Source: a virus (taxonomy: Duplodnaviria > Caudoviricetes). Taken from it: DNA of 27,579 nucleotides. The position numbers and the translations under genes are program-made. Below the pieces are notes generated by a model. The model worked only from the letters and a program-made list of their open reading frames with translations, had not been told where the DNA came from and did no database searches. Location: positions 1 to 27,579 of the IMG/VR virus record IMGVR_UViG_3300030330_000157, one strand, 5' to 3'. Positions 18,936 to 27,441 of this stretch are shown here, one piece after another (the first letter of the stretch is position 1; each line of letters opens with the position of its first letter).

Positions 18936-19508
18936 TTACTTAATGTAACCTTCAACATTCTGCTCTAAATACTTTTCAGCACCTTTTGGGTCTTTCATAG
19001 CATACTCTTGAATTGAATCATACCCACCAAAATCACCTGTGGGTTGACCACTTGCTGGTCTGCTGGTATTTGTAGGAACAGAACTGTTTTTAGTTACTTT
19101 GTTTACATACAACTCCAGCTTATCTAAAGATAGTCCATCTGCAATAGATTTATCTGTATCTTCTGTTAATTTTTCCATTAAGGAAGTTCTCTTGTTAGAC
19201 TTGTACTCCTCATATTCTTTTACAACAGCAGAGGACTTTTCAAGCTTAGCATTAGCTTCATCAAGAAGTGTCTTATATTCACCTTGTTTTTCTAACTGCT
19301 TTTGTCTTGCAGCTTCTTGGTCAGCTTTAAACTTATCTAATTGAGATTGAAGTTCAGATACTTGAGATTTATATTCATTCTTTTGATTATTAACCTCATT
19401 GAATCTTGACTGTGGTATACCTTCTGATACATTGTTTTTACCAGCTTCTGTGCTGGGTTGATTTACCTGATTGGCTTCAGTGTGAGTTGTCTTATTTTCT
19501 TCTGACAT
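18936..19508 (-). CDS. Capsid scaffolding protein
   Basis: 190 aa; IPQSRFNEVN followed by coiled coil QLEKQGEYKTL; immediately upstream of the MCP. Confidence 0.8.
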   Translation of the reverse strand: MSEENKTTHTEANQVNQPSTEAGKNNVSEGIPQSRFNEVNNQKNEYKSQVSELQSQLDKFKADQEAARQKQLEKQGEYKTLLDEANAKLEKSSAVVKEYEEYKSNKRTSLMEKLTEDTDKSIADGLSLDKLELYVNKVTKNSSVPTNTSRPASGQPTGDFGGYDSIQEYAMKDPKGAEKYLEQNVEGYIK

Positions 19509-19582
19509 TTGTACCTCTTTTGTGAGTAAATTTTGAAAATCTAATGCCTTAATATATATAATATATTAAAAAAACCAAATGT

Positions 19583-20062
19583 TTATTTTTTGCCTATTGT
19601 AATTGTCTGACTACCCTTAGGCATATTCTTTTTTAAATACTTGTTAAATTGTGGCATAATTTTATCTACAACTTTTGGATTTATAGGATGACTTCTGCTT
19701 GTAAGTATTCTGCCCATCTTTCTTAAATGGTCTAATTTATAAGCATGAGATGTCCATCCAATATAAATAGCATTATCTTCAGGTGATACTGTATGCTGTG
19801 TATCAAGTAATAAGTCACCACTAACTACAGGTGCAGTAGATTGTGCATACTGGCTATTCTGTCTTTTTAATTTGTTTGATTTCTTTCTTGTTTCATAGCT
19901 TTTACTATATTTAGGAAATGATCTATCATCTGCCATCTTAGGATTAGATTTATCATAAGTAATCTTTCTATATTCATTAATAGCTATTGTGCCTATGATG
20001 TTATAAAATGCTTTGTTAAACATAGGTGTTGGTAGTTTAAAATCTTTGCCTTTTTTAGCCAC
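19583..20062 (-). CDS. Virion morphogenesis / neck protein (Mu gpG-like)
   Basis: 159 aa, basic, FPKYSKSYETRK...VVSGDLL motif; GTG start coupled to the upstream TAG. Confidence 0.5.
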   Translation of the reverse strand: MAKKGKDFKLPTPMFNKAFYNIIGTIAINEYRKITYDKSNPKMADDRSFPKYSKSYETRKKSNKLKRQNSQYAQSTAPVVSGDLLLDTQHTVSPEDNAIYIGWTSHAYKLDHLRKMGRILTSRSHPINPKVVDKIMPQFNKYLKKNMPKGSQTITIGKK

Positions 20063-20796
20063 TAATTAAGTCCTTTATCTTTAATAATCTTTTTAGCACC
20101 TTTAGGATCATGTGCAAACTTATCTTGTAGTGCTATCTCCCATTTATGTCTACAATTATATCCACCACCTGATATTAACACTTCACTACCAAACCTACTT
20201 ACAATTTGTTTTCTTGTAAGGTCACCTGCTGCCATCATCTCTAAACATTCAGGTCTTGTTTTTTCATCTAATGCACCAATATACTGATATTTAGTTGTTT
20301 CAGGCATCTCATCTATCATTAGCTTTGTAACACTTCTACTGTACTCATTCATAGATGTATCTATTAGTGTTTGTAGTTGTGATGATGATAATGCACCTTG
20401 ACCTCTAACAGATTCTACAACTGTTTGTATGCCTGTACCTGCTATAATGCCTTTTACAACCTCTTTTTTGATTACTTGACCCATATTGTCTAATTGATTT
20501 AAAAGTGTGTCTGTGCTGTAGTTTTTAAGTGATTGTAGTGTTTGTTCAGATAGTGCAGCAAACCCTTGTATTGTTTGTAGCATATCTGTGTGTGTATTAT
20601 CAAATATAGATATAGCATTTCTTGCTTTTGCTCTTACTATTTGTTTAACATCTAAATTTTCTATAAATACAGCAAACTCAGAAGCTTTTTTGCTACCTTT
20701 AAGTTGATATAAACTTTCTATAGTTTCTTCTTGTACTCTTAAAAGTATATCAGTTATAAGTTCTGAATTTTGTTCTATGAATAGTTGGTCTGACAT
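20062..20796 (-). CDS. Head morphogenesis protein (SPP1 gp7 / Mu gpF family)
   Basis: YQYIGALDEKTRPEC...GGYNCRH motif; start placed at MSDQ (20796), while the track gives 20814. Confidence 0.8.
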   Translation of the reverse strand: MSDQLFIEQNSELITDILLRVQEETIESLYQLKGSKKASEFAVFIENLDVKQIVRAKARNAISIFDNTHTDMLQTIQGFAALSEQTLQSLKNYSTDTLLNQLDNMGQVIKKEVVKGIIAGTGIQTVVESVRGQGALSSSQLQTLIDTSMNEYSRSVTKLMIDEMPETTKYQYIGALDEKTRPECLEMMAAGDLTRKQIVSRFGSEVLISGGGYNCRHKWEIALQDKFAHDPKGAKKIIKDKGLN

Positions 20797-20803
20797 AAGT
20801 CCA

Positions 20804-21106
20804 TCAATTCCCATTTAGTAGATCACTAACTGTTTTCCTTGATTCCCAAAACCTGCATGACCAGTATCTTGCTTTTGTTTTGTCTGTTGGCTTGTTTGTA
20901 TCACATTTATGTCTTGCTCTAAAGCTTCTTCTTCTTTCATCAGAATATCTTTTAATGCTTAAATTAGGATCACCAAACATAACTTTCTTTACTTTGTCAC
21001 CATCTTTAACATAAACTTGGAACTTCTTTCTTCCATAACCAGCTTGACCTTTAGTGATTCTTGTTGGTTTATCTAATGTAACTTGCCTACCTTGATATTC
21101 AGCCAT
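20804..21106 (-). CDS. Basic protein with KKFQVYV...FGDPN...RRRSFRARHKC...YWSC motif
   Basis: 100 aa; the motif is familiar from small uncharacterised proteins of aquatic viruses; TAGATG coupling. Confidence 0.75.
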   Translation of the reverse strand: MAEYQGRQVTLDKPTRITKGQAGYGRKKFQVYVKDGDKVKKVMFGDPNLSIKRYSDERRRSFRARHKCDTNKPTDKTKARYWSCRFWESRKTVSDLLNGN

Positions 21107-21292
21107 CTATCTGCCTACTTTTCTCATAGCTATTTTATGTGATTGAGTAAATGTCTTGCCTTTTTTCATAGCTGTTACCATAGACTTTAAATGTTTTGCT
21201 GTGTGGTGTGTTTTGTGTCTTCTCATAGCAGTTTTCTGTCTTTTAGTCAAACCTGTCATGTTTACACCTTTTACATAATCTGATTTTGGCAT
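21107..21292 (-). CDS. Small basic His-containing protein
   Basis: 61 aa LTKRQKTAMRRHKTHHTAKHLKSM...GKTFTQSHKIAM; TAATG coupling. Confidence 0.7.
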   Translation of the reverse strand: MPKSDYVKGVNMTGLTKRQKTAMRRHKTHHTAKHLKSMVTAMKKGKTFTQSHKIAMRKVGR

Positions 21293-21537
21293 TATAATCT
21301 ACCTACCTTTCTTCTTGTTTTCTTTGAGTATTTTGCTCTTTGTTTACCTTTCTTTGATGCTGCCCTTTTCTTTCTATTCTCATAAGCTTTTTGTGCAGGT
21401 GTTAAAGTTTTTCTAACTGATTCAGGTAAGTACCTACCTCTTTTTGCTCTTGGTTTTTTAGATTGCCCTTTGCTAACATAATCCCATTTTTGTTTAGTCC
21501 ATTTAGCAAGTGACCTTTGTGACTTCTTCATAGCCAT
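21292..21537 (-). CDS. Small basic protein (DUF5872-like C-terminal half)
   Basis: 81 aa QRSLAKWTKQKW...RYLP; TAATG coupling. Confidence 0.7.
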   Translation of the reverse strand: MAMKKSQRSLAKWTKQKWDYVSKGQSKKPRAKRGRYLPESVRKTLTPAQKAYENRKKRAASKKGKQRAKYSKKTRRKVGRL

Positions 21538-21725
21538 TATCTGTATCCTCCACCTTTAGCTTTGTACTGTCTTGCTAACATCTGTGCTTTTCTTGCTGAC
21601 CATTGACCTGCTCTGCCACCTTTACTACCAGCTTTTATTTTGTTAAATAATCTTTTTCTCATAGCAGGTTTAGTATAATTACCTGCTTTGTTAACAGTGC
21701 TTTTTCTTCTTTTCCTAACTGCCAT
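21537..21725 (-). CDS. Small basic protein (DUF5872-like N-terminal half)
   Basis: 62 aa NYTKP..R...IKAGSKGGRAGQWSARKAQMLARQYKAKGGGY; TAATG coupling to the portal stop. Confidence 0.72.
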   Translation of the reverse strand: MAVRKRRKSTVNKAGNYTKPAMRKRLFNKIKAGSKGGRAGQWSARKAQMLARQYKAKGGGYR

Positions 21726-23086
21726 TATTCTACTGGTCTTGTTAGTTGTGCTAATAATGTGTTCTCTTGTGGTTCTTCTGCTTCATCTTCTTCAGCTAAA
21801 TCAGCACCACTTCTTTCAAACAAATAATCTTCTGCTGCATCTCTGTCTTGGAATTTATCAGGGTCTTGTTGCATTAATATGTCTGCTCTATCAATAAGTC
21901 CTGTCTGTAGTTCCCATGTCCATCTTTCTCTTTGTTCTTTTTCAGATAGAACTTCTTCTGTTTCACTAAAGTCTATTTGGTCTAACTCACCAGCATCTCT
22001 GTTAAAGTCTACAGCTAATATAAGCTTCTCAAGTTCAAACAATTCTTTTTCTACTTCTTTCCATCTAATTACATCAGATACTCTGTTATCTTGCAACTCT
22101 TGGTTTCTTAATTTAAGTGCTACACCACTTTGTGCTGTTGTACCTTCTACAAAGCTAATGTCTATGTGGTAGTTCTGTGCTAACATTTTATAAGATGTTG
22201 TAACTGCATTAGTTATTGTGCCTACTGTATCAGGTGGACTTACTAAATTCATTGTCCCATCAGCACCTAAAAAGCTAATTTTGTCTGCTCCCACTTCCAA
22301 ACTGTCAAGCTCTACTTGGCTTCCATTTATGTAAATATAACCAAATGATTGAAACATTATGTTTGCAGCTTTGTTTGTTTCTGCAATATTAATCATAGTG
22401 TTGGTTTGTATAAGGTCAGATGATGGGTCTGTATCTAAATAACTTGATTCAGGCTTACCATCTCTAAAACATTCAATAAATGGTAATCTACCATAAGGGT
22501 TAATCATATCAGGATTCATTTCATCTGTATATTTAGCACCATTACTATCATAAGTAAAAGTGTTGTCTTTATCCCAATATACATACAATTCAGGAGTGTC
22601 ATCTAAAACAGAATCTTTACTGGCTATGGGATATGTAAATGCTATTGGTTTTAATGGATCATCACCAAATATAGGCTCAAAGTCTGTTATAATATCATAC
22701 TCAATGTGACCTTCACCTTTGTCATTTTCTCTGTAGCATGGCTTAACAAGTAAGCTACCTAATAAATTTGTAAACCTTTCTGCTCTTTGTAGTTTAAAGT
22801 CTTTATGATGAAACAACTGTGGTACTTCTTCATTTGTGTAAACCCTTTTAGGTGGCTTCATGTAAACAAGGGATATTCTGTCAATAATTCTTTTAGTAAC
22901 ATTGATGTTAGCAGCAGGTACTTTTTGAAACAATGATACATCAAAAAACTCTTGTGTGTATGGAACAGTTCTGCCCTTATAATATTCTAAGGCATCTAAC
23001 CTTGCTTCTCTCCAATTATCTTTGGCTTTTTGTTTTGCATCATATTTGCTTTGTAGAACTAACAACTCTGACATATTTGGTATCAT
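21725..23086 (-). CDS. Portal protein (SPP1 gp6-like)
   Basis: Follows TerL; NPYGRLPF and AQSGVALK motifs; likely start ATG 23086 overlapping the TerL stop (ATGA), rather than 23131. Confidence 0.85.
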   Translation of the reverse strand: MIPNMSELLVLQSKYDAKQKAKDNWREARLDALEYYKGRTVPYTQEFFDVSLFQKVPAANINVTKRIIDRISLVYMKPPKRVYTNEEVPQLFHHKDFKLQRAERFTNLLGSLLVKPCYRENDKGEGHIEYDIITDFEPIFGDDPLKPIAFTYPIASKDSVLDDTPELYVYWDKDNTFTYDSNGAKYTDEMNPDMINPYGRLPFIECFRDGKPESSYLDTDPSSDLIQTNTMINIAETNKAANIMFQSFGYIYINGSQVELDSLEVGADKISFLGADGTMNLVSPPDTVGTITNAVTTSYKMLAQNYHIDISFVEGTTAQSGVALKLRNQELQDNRVSDVIRWKEVEKELFELEKLILAVDFNRDAGELDQIDFSETEEVLSEKEQRERWTWELQTGLIDRADILMQQDPDKFQDRDAAEDYLFERSGADLAEEDEAEEPQENTLLAQLTRPVE

Positions 23087-24372
23087 CTTTTTATACTCCC
23101 AAGTGTAGGTTTTATAATAGGAAACTCCCAATGGACAAAATATCCAAAAGCATCTGAAGCATGTGTAATCAATTTGTTGCTCTTATCTATTTCTCTTGTT
23201 CCCTCTTTATTACAAGTTTTCTCTAAATCTTCTATTAGTGTTTTGCATTTAGGGTCTATTATTATATTCCCATCTAATGCTTTGTTTACAGCATTAACCC
23301 TGTCTACAACTCTTGGATTAGTTTTCATAGCTTTTATCTTAAATCCATTTCTTCTAATTATATCTAAATCACTATACATAGCTGAAGTAGACTTAGAAGC
23401 ACCTGTTGCATCAGGGTATGCTATATATTGACTATTAGGGTATTTGTTTTTTATTGTTTGGCACATTCTTTCAGTAAGCAAATCACCTGCTCCTGCATGT
23501 GTTAATGCAATAGTGTCAAATACTCTTACTTTTGGGGGTTGCTGTTCATAAATTTGTGCAAGTACACACACTTGGGGTTCACAGTTAAAATCCCACCCAA
23601 CCAATACTGGCTTTGACCTGTTGTATGGTACTGCTTGTACATTGGCATCTCTGTCAAATTGATAGTAAGTTTGTCCTTGTTGTAATGATACAAATTCACC
23701 ATCTCTGTATGCCTTTAATAATTTTTCATCATAGTTATCTTCTAAAAGTTTCAAATAACTTTCAGGTAAATATACATTATCTTGTGTTTTTCCCCTAACT
23801 AAAAATTTATTTTCATCATCATTCTCTACCATTAAAGTGTATGTGTACTTCATACCTTCAGGTGTTGTGCATATATAAATCTCAGGATCATTACAATCTC
23901 TCATTCTACCAATAGCTTTATTAAATGCTAATTCACAATATCTATAACTGGATATGTCAAATTCATCAAAACCACAATAACTTAAAGACACACCAACTAT
24001 CTTATCAGGCTTTACCATTTGAAATATCTTTATATTGCCATAAGCAGTTTTAATTGTATGCTTAGAAACATTATACTCATAAGCAATACCTTTATCTCTT
24101 AATATATCAAGAAATGGTGGTATAAATACTTCTTCAGCAAGTGAGTATGTTGGGTATATAATCCATCCATTACTAATGCCATCTTTATTTTTTCTTGTAA
24201 TGTGATTTATAAAAGTTTTGTGAAGGAAGCTAAATGTTTTTCCTGAACCCATTCCAGCAACCATAGCTGAGATACTCTTGTTTTTGTTCTTACCAGCAAA
24301 CCCACTCTTTAGAAAATCCCATTGGTGTGGAAAGTAATCTTCTTTATGGATTGTTAAGTTAGATGCCATCAA
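23083..24372 (-). CDS. terL: Terminase large subunit
   Basis: Walker A AGMGSGKT, Walker B GFDEFD, coupling motif TTPEG, nuclease GWDFN and HASDAFGY. Confidence 0.95.
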   Translation of the reverse strand: MMASNLTIHKEDYFPHQWDFLKSGFAGKNKNKSISAMVAGMGSGKTFSFLHKTFINHITRKNKDGISNGWIIYPTYSLAEEVFIPPFLDILRDKGIAYEYNVSKHTIKTAYGNIKIFQMVKPDKIVGVSLSYCGFDEFDISSYRYCELAFNKAIGRMRDCNDPEIYICTTPEGMKYTYTLMVENDDENKFLVRGKTQDNVYLPESYLKLLEDNYDEKLLKAYRDGEFVSLQQGQTYYQFDRDANVQAVPYNRSKPVLVGWDFNCEPQVCVLAQIYEQQPPKVRVFDTIALTHAGAGDLLTERMCQTIKNKYPNSQYIAYPDATGASKSTSAMYSDLDIIRRNGFKIKAMKTNPRVVDRVNAVNKALDGNIIIDPKCKTLIEDLEKTCNKEGTREIDKSNKLITHASDAFGYFVHWEFPIIKPTLGSIKR

Positions 24373-24706
24373 ACACTATATCATCAATAGGTTTAACTTC
24401 TGTTACTTCTTGTTTGTCTGTTTGACCTAATACTTGTTTGCCTAACCATATAAGCATTGGAACACTTCCTCTATCTGCTGCATTCCACTGCATTTTTCTT
24501 AATCTAATTTTTCCAGCATCTTTACCTTTTGCAATATTTGTGGAATATTTCTTTGAAATTAAATCTTTACTACAACCAAAAAAAGAAGCAATCTCTGTGT
24601 TAGTACAACCAAATGCTGCTAACTTTTCTACTTCTTTAGTGTCTATATCATATTTCTTAGGTCTGCCAACAGATTTAGTGCTTTTTTTTGCTTTGTCCAT
24701 GTGCAT
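24359..24706 (-). CDS. terS: Terminase small subunit
   Basis: GRPKK plus HTH (GCTNTEIASFFGCS) plus MLIWLGKQVLGQ, directly upstream of TerL. Confidence 0.85.
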   Translation of the reverse strand: MHMDKAKKSTKSVGRPKKYDIDTKEVEKLAAFGCTNTEIASFFGCSKDLISKKYSTNIAKGKDAGKIRLRKMQWNAADRGSVPMLIWLGKQVLGQTDKQEVTEVKPIDDIVFDGI

Positions 24707-24716
24707 AAGATAGTAA

Positions 24717-25112
24717 TTATATTTCTAATCTCTTAACAATTATTTTTTCTTCTTTACTTTTTATTTGCTTTACAGTATCAACAACTAACCAATTAGAACT
24801 ATCATCCCACATAAAACCTTCATTACATAAAGCATCTATAAATTGTTTTAAACCACCCCATACATTATCATAATCATAAAGTCTTTTTAAATGACATTCT
24901 ATTGTAATCTTACATTTGTTGTTTGTTTTTTTAATCTTATTAACTCTCATTTGATTGCCAATTAAAATTCTATACTCATTTTTTAATTTACTTTTTAATG
25001 CCCAGTGCATCCTATCTATCTTATTCCTGCTAAATATCTTATGATCTATTTCTATTGTTTCCCACTTATTAGAAGAACTTTGTTGCATTGTCTTTTCTTT
25101 TTTTGATTTCAT
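24717..25112 (-). CDS. rusA: RusA-like Holliday junction resolvase
   Basis: RLYDYDNVWGGLKQFIDAL...WDDS catalytic pattern (D-x-D-N...K...D...DD); start uncertain, may be 25088. Confidence 0.75.
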   Translation of the reverse strand: MKSKKEKTMQQSSSNKWETIEIDHKIFSRNKIDRMHWALKSKLKNEYRILIGNQMRVNKIKKTNNKCKITIECHLKRLYDYDNVWGGLKQFIDALCNEGFMWDDSSNWLVVDTVKQIKSKEEKIIVKRLEI

Positions 25113-25248
25113 CAGCTTTGTCCTTGTTTTCTTTAGCTACACATTTTATACATCTTTTTACAGTATAGCCTGAATATAGTTTATAAAACTTGGCTCTGTC
25201 TTTAACCTTATTGCATTTACTACATTTAATTTGGTTAGGTGGCAGCAT
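25069..25248 (-). CDS. Small Zn-finger protein
   Basis: CSKC...FY...CIKC; the ATG at 25248 lies inside the hairpin arm; start uncertain. Confidence 0.5.
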   Translation of the reverse strand: MLPPNQIKCSKCNKVKDRAKFYKLYSGYTVKRCIKCVAKENKDKADEIKKRKDNATKFF

Positions 25249-25308
25249 GGAGATCAAACCCTAAATGAGAGTGTAGGGATTTGAAAGGTTAAGGTTACAC
25301 TGCCACCC
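25237..25308 (-). promoter_or_regulatory. Two-stem RNA hairpin downstream of the replication initiator gene
   Basis: Outer stem GGUGGCAGUGU / AUGCUGCCACC (11 bp), inner stem UCAAA-U-CCCUA / UAGGG-UUUGA, asymmetric internal loop. Confidence 0.65.
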
Positions 25309-25312
25309 ATTG

Positions 25313-26092
25313 TTACTTGATGCCTTCCTGTAATATTTTCTGCACTTCTTCTTGACTTGCAGCATTTCTTTTTGCTTCTTCCAATTGCTTTTTAACCTCA
25401 TAACCTCTTTTTAACATTAAGTCACCTGAACTTACATCTTCTTTTTTATTATTAAAATCATTATTTGCCCACCTTGACAATCTTCTTTGTGTATCCCAAG
25501 TTTTTTCAAGTTCAAACTTCATCTTTGTTTTACTCTTATTTGGCTCTGTCCAATAATTACAAAAGTTAATCCTCATGTCTTTACTATATTTTTTATGAAA
25601 CTCATTAACCTCATTTATAAACTTAATTCTTCTATTGGCTATGTTTTTCTTTATTGCTTCACTAACTTCTAAAATTGCTACATCCATGTTTTTCTCCTTA
25701 ACCTTATCTTTGTCTTTATCCTTATCTTTATCTTGTACACTTGCATAAGTGTTTGTAACACTTTGCAAACAGTTATATTTGTCTAAAATCTTAATAACAG
25801 AAGCATGTGCTTTTACATTAGGATTTAAAATATTATACTGAAATGCTGGAAAAGCTTTGATAAAATACTTATCTTCTTTTATTACTTTAATGTGCTTACC
25901 TAAATGCTCTTTAATCTCTTTTTCTTTAAGTGGCATACCTATTTGAAACTCTGCTAATTCTATATCTACATCCCACATACCAGCATGGTCACATTGTGTA
26001 AGTAAATAAATATAAAATAACTTCAACTTTGGTGGCAGATTTCTCCACCACCTTTTCTTCCATATATCTGTTTCTATAAATCTTTTAGCCAT
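25313..26092 (-). CDS. Phage replication initiator / replisome organiser
   Basis: MAKRFIETDIW...KLFYIYLL..CDHAG winged-helix-like N-terminus, KDKDKDKDK linker, FCNYWTE...TWDTQRRLSRW C-terminal domain; RBS AAGGAG. Confidence 0.75.
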   Translation of the reverse strand: MAKRFIETDIWKKRWWRNLPPKLKLFYIYLLTQCDHAGMWDVDIELAEFQIGMPLKEKEIKEHLGKHIKVIKEDKYFIKAFPAFQYNILNPNVKAHASVIKILDKYNCLQSVTNTYASVQDKDKDKDKDKVKEKNMDVAILEVSEAIKKNIANRRIKFINEVNEFHKKYSKDMRINFCNYWTEPNKSKTKMKFELEKTWDTQRRLSRWANNDFNNKKEDVSSGDLMLKRGYEVKKQLEEAKRNAASQEEVQKILQEGIK

Positions 26093-26136
26093 TTGAATCT
26101 CCTTTTTTAACTTAACCTTAACCTATAATTTAACAC

Positions 26137-26619
26137 TTATATTGTTTTATTCAACCTTCTAATATCATCCATAGGCACTTGATAGAAAATTTTACCACTT
26201 TCATCATAAGTTCCTTTTTTATAATTATTAGATTGTAGCAGGTCAAACAAATCAACTATGTCTAAAAAAACCTTTTCAGAAAACTTTGGATTGTAAATAA
26301 AAAATACAAATTTACCTACCTCTAACCATTTCTGATATTCTATTAGGTCTTTTTCTTTTATTTTAACATGCTCACCAGTATAAGTGTCTGCCATCTTACA
26401 TTCAACAAAGTAAAATTCTTTGCTGACACACATATAATCAGGTGTTTTTAAAACTTTTTGTGGCATGTGTTGAATAACATATTTTGGTATATCTTTATTA
26501 ATTCCATAATTACAAAACCAATAATTATTATTTAAACATACAATCTCAAACACTTTTTCTGCCACCTTACCTTTGTTGTTTCTTTTTTTAAAGCTGCAAG
26601 ATTTACAATTAATTACCAT
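26137..26619 (-). CDS. PD-(D/E)xK family nuclease
   Basis: GKVAE...TPDY...FVECK catalytic pattern; ATG 26619 with GAGGTGG RBS. Confidence 0.7.
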   Translation of the reverse strand: MVINCKSCSFKKRNNKGKVAEKVFEIVCLNNNYWFCNYGINKDIPKYVIQHMPQKVLKTPDYMCVSKEFYFVECKMADTYTGEHVKIKEKDLIEYQKWLEVGKFVFFIYNPKFSEKVFLDIVDLFDLLQSNNYKKGTYDESGKIFYQVPMDDIRRLNKTI

Positions 26620-26770
26620 AACCACCTCTAATTAAGAATAAGTCTTTTATGAAGTTTTCTTTAATGGATCTAACCTCATTTTCTGCTTTACACCACTTAA
26701 TAAACATATACACATTACCTAATAGTGATGCCCATAGAAACCCTTGTATTATTATCATGAATAAACTCAT
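26609..26770 (-). CDS. 53-aa membrane protein MSLFMIIIQGFLWASLLGNVYMFIKWCKAENEVRSIKENFIKDLFLIRGGYGN (not in ORF track)
   Basis: RBS AAGGAG, N-terminal hydrophobic helix, fills the gap. Confidence 0.65.
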   Translation of the reverse strand: MSLFMIIIQGFLWASLLGNVYMFIKWCKAENEVRSIKENFIKDLFLIRGGYGN

Positions 26771-26789
26771 TTGTTTTTCTCCTTATTGT

Positions 26790-27440
26790 TTATGAAAATA
26801 GTTGGTCTACTTCTTTTTTTAAATCATATGGCTTTTCTTTAGAAGCTTTCTTGGTTGTATCATCCATTTTTTTTAGTGTCTTAGATAATTCTGTATCACC
26901 AACCTCTTGACTTCTAAGATTCATTTCTTCTATAGCTTTTGCTTTCCATGATTCTACAGAACATTCTTCAACTAACCATCTAAGAGTATTCTCATCAAGT
27001 TCTTTGTATGTTTTACCTTGATTATTACCTGACTTGAACCCAACTACCTCATTCCTATCAAAAGTGCCTGATTCAACAGGTTTTGTTGGCTGTTTCTTTA
27101 CAGGCTTACTTTCTTGGTTTATAGCATTTGCTACTTCTTCTGCACTTGCAAACTCACTACCTAAGTATCCAGCACTTGCTAATGCTCTACCTATACATGA
27201 TGTTTCTGCACATTCAATGTAGTTATACTCATTTATTCTTGATGATTTTTTGTTTTCTATAGCATGACCTACAAACTCATTATCATCTATTTTTACAGTA
27301 GCTTTCATAACAACAATGTCATCTTTAAATTGTATGATCTCTGTGTTTATAGACACATCTTTATCTTTGTGGTCATTGTGAAACTCTGTTACTCTTTCTG
27401 CTACTGTTTTGTAATCCTTACCATGTATTTTAACTGGCAT
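26790..27440 (-). CDS. Rad52/Sak-like single-strand annealing protein with small C-terminal G-x-x-x-GKT...LRWL domain
   Basis: Y.TVAERV...ECAETSCIGRALA..G...FASAEEV core; RBS GGAGG. Confidence 0.6.
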   Translation of the reverse strand: MPVKIHGKDYKTVAERVTEFHNDHKDKDVSINTEIIQFKDDIVVMKATVKIDDNEFVGHAIENKKSSRINEYNYIECAETSCIGRALASAGYLGSEFASAEEVANAINQESKPVKKQPTKPVESGTFDRNEVVGFKSGNNQGKTYKELDENTLRWLVEECSVESWKAKAIEEMNLRSQEVGDTELSKTLKKMDDTTKKASKEKPYDLKKEVDQLFS

Positions 27441-27441
27441 A

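Noticed and set aside
23087-23131. N-terminal extension of the portal given in the ORF track
   Set aside because: It overlaps the TerL C-terminus; the ATGA-coupled start at 23086 is more plausible
25254-25310. 18-codon micro-ORF MGGSVTLTFQIPTLSFRV spanning the hairpin
   Set aside because: No convincing RBS; the sequence is better explained by the RNA structure
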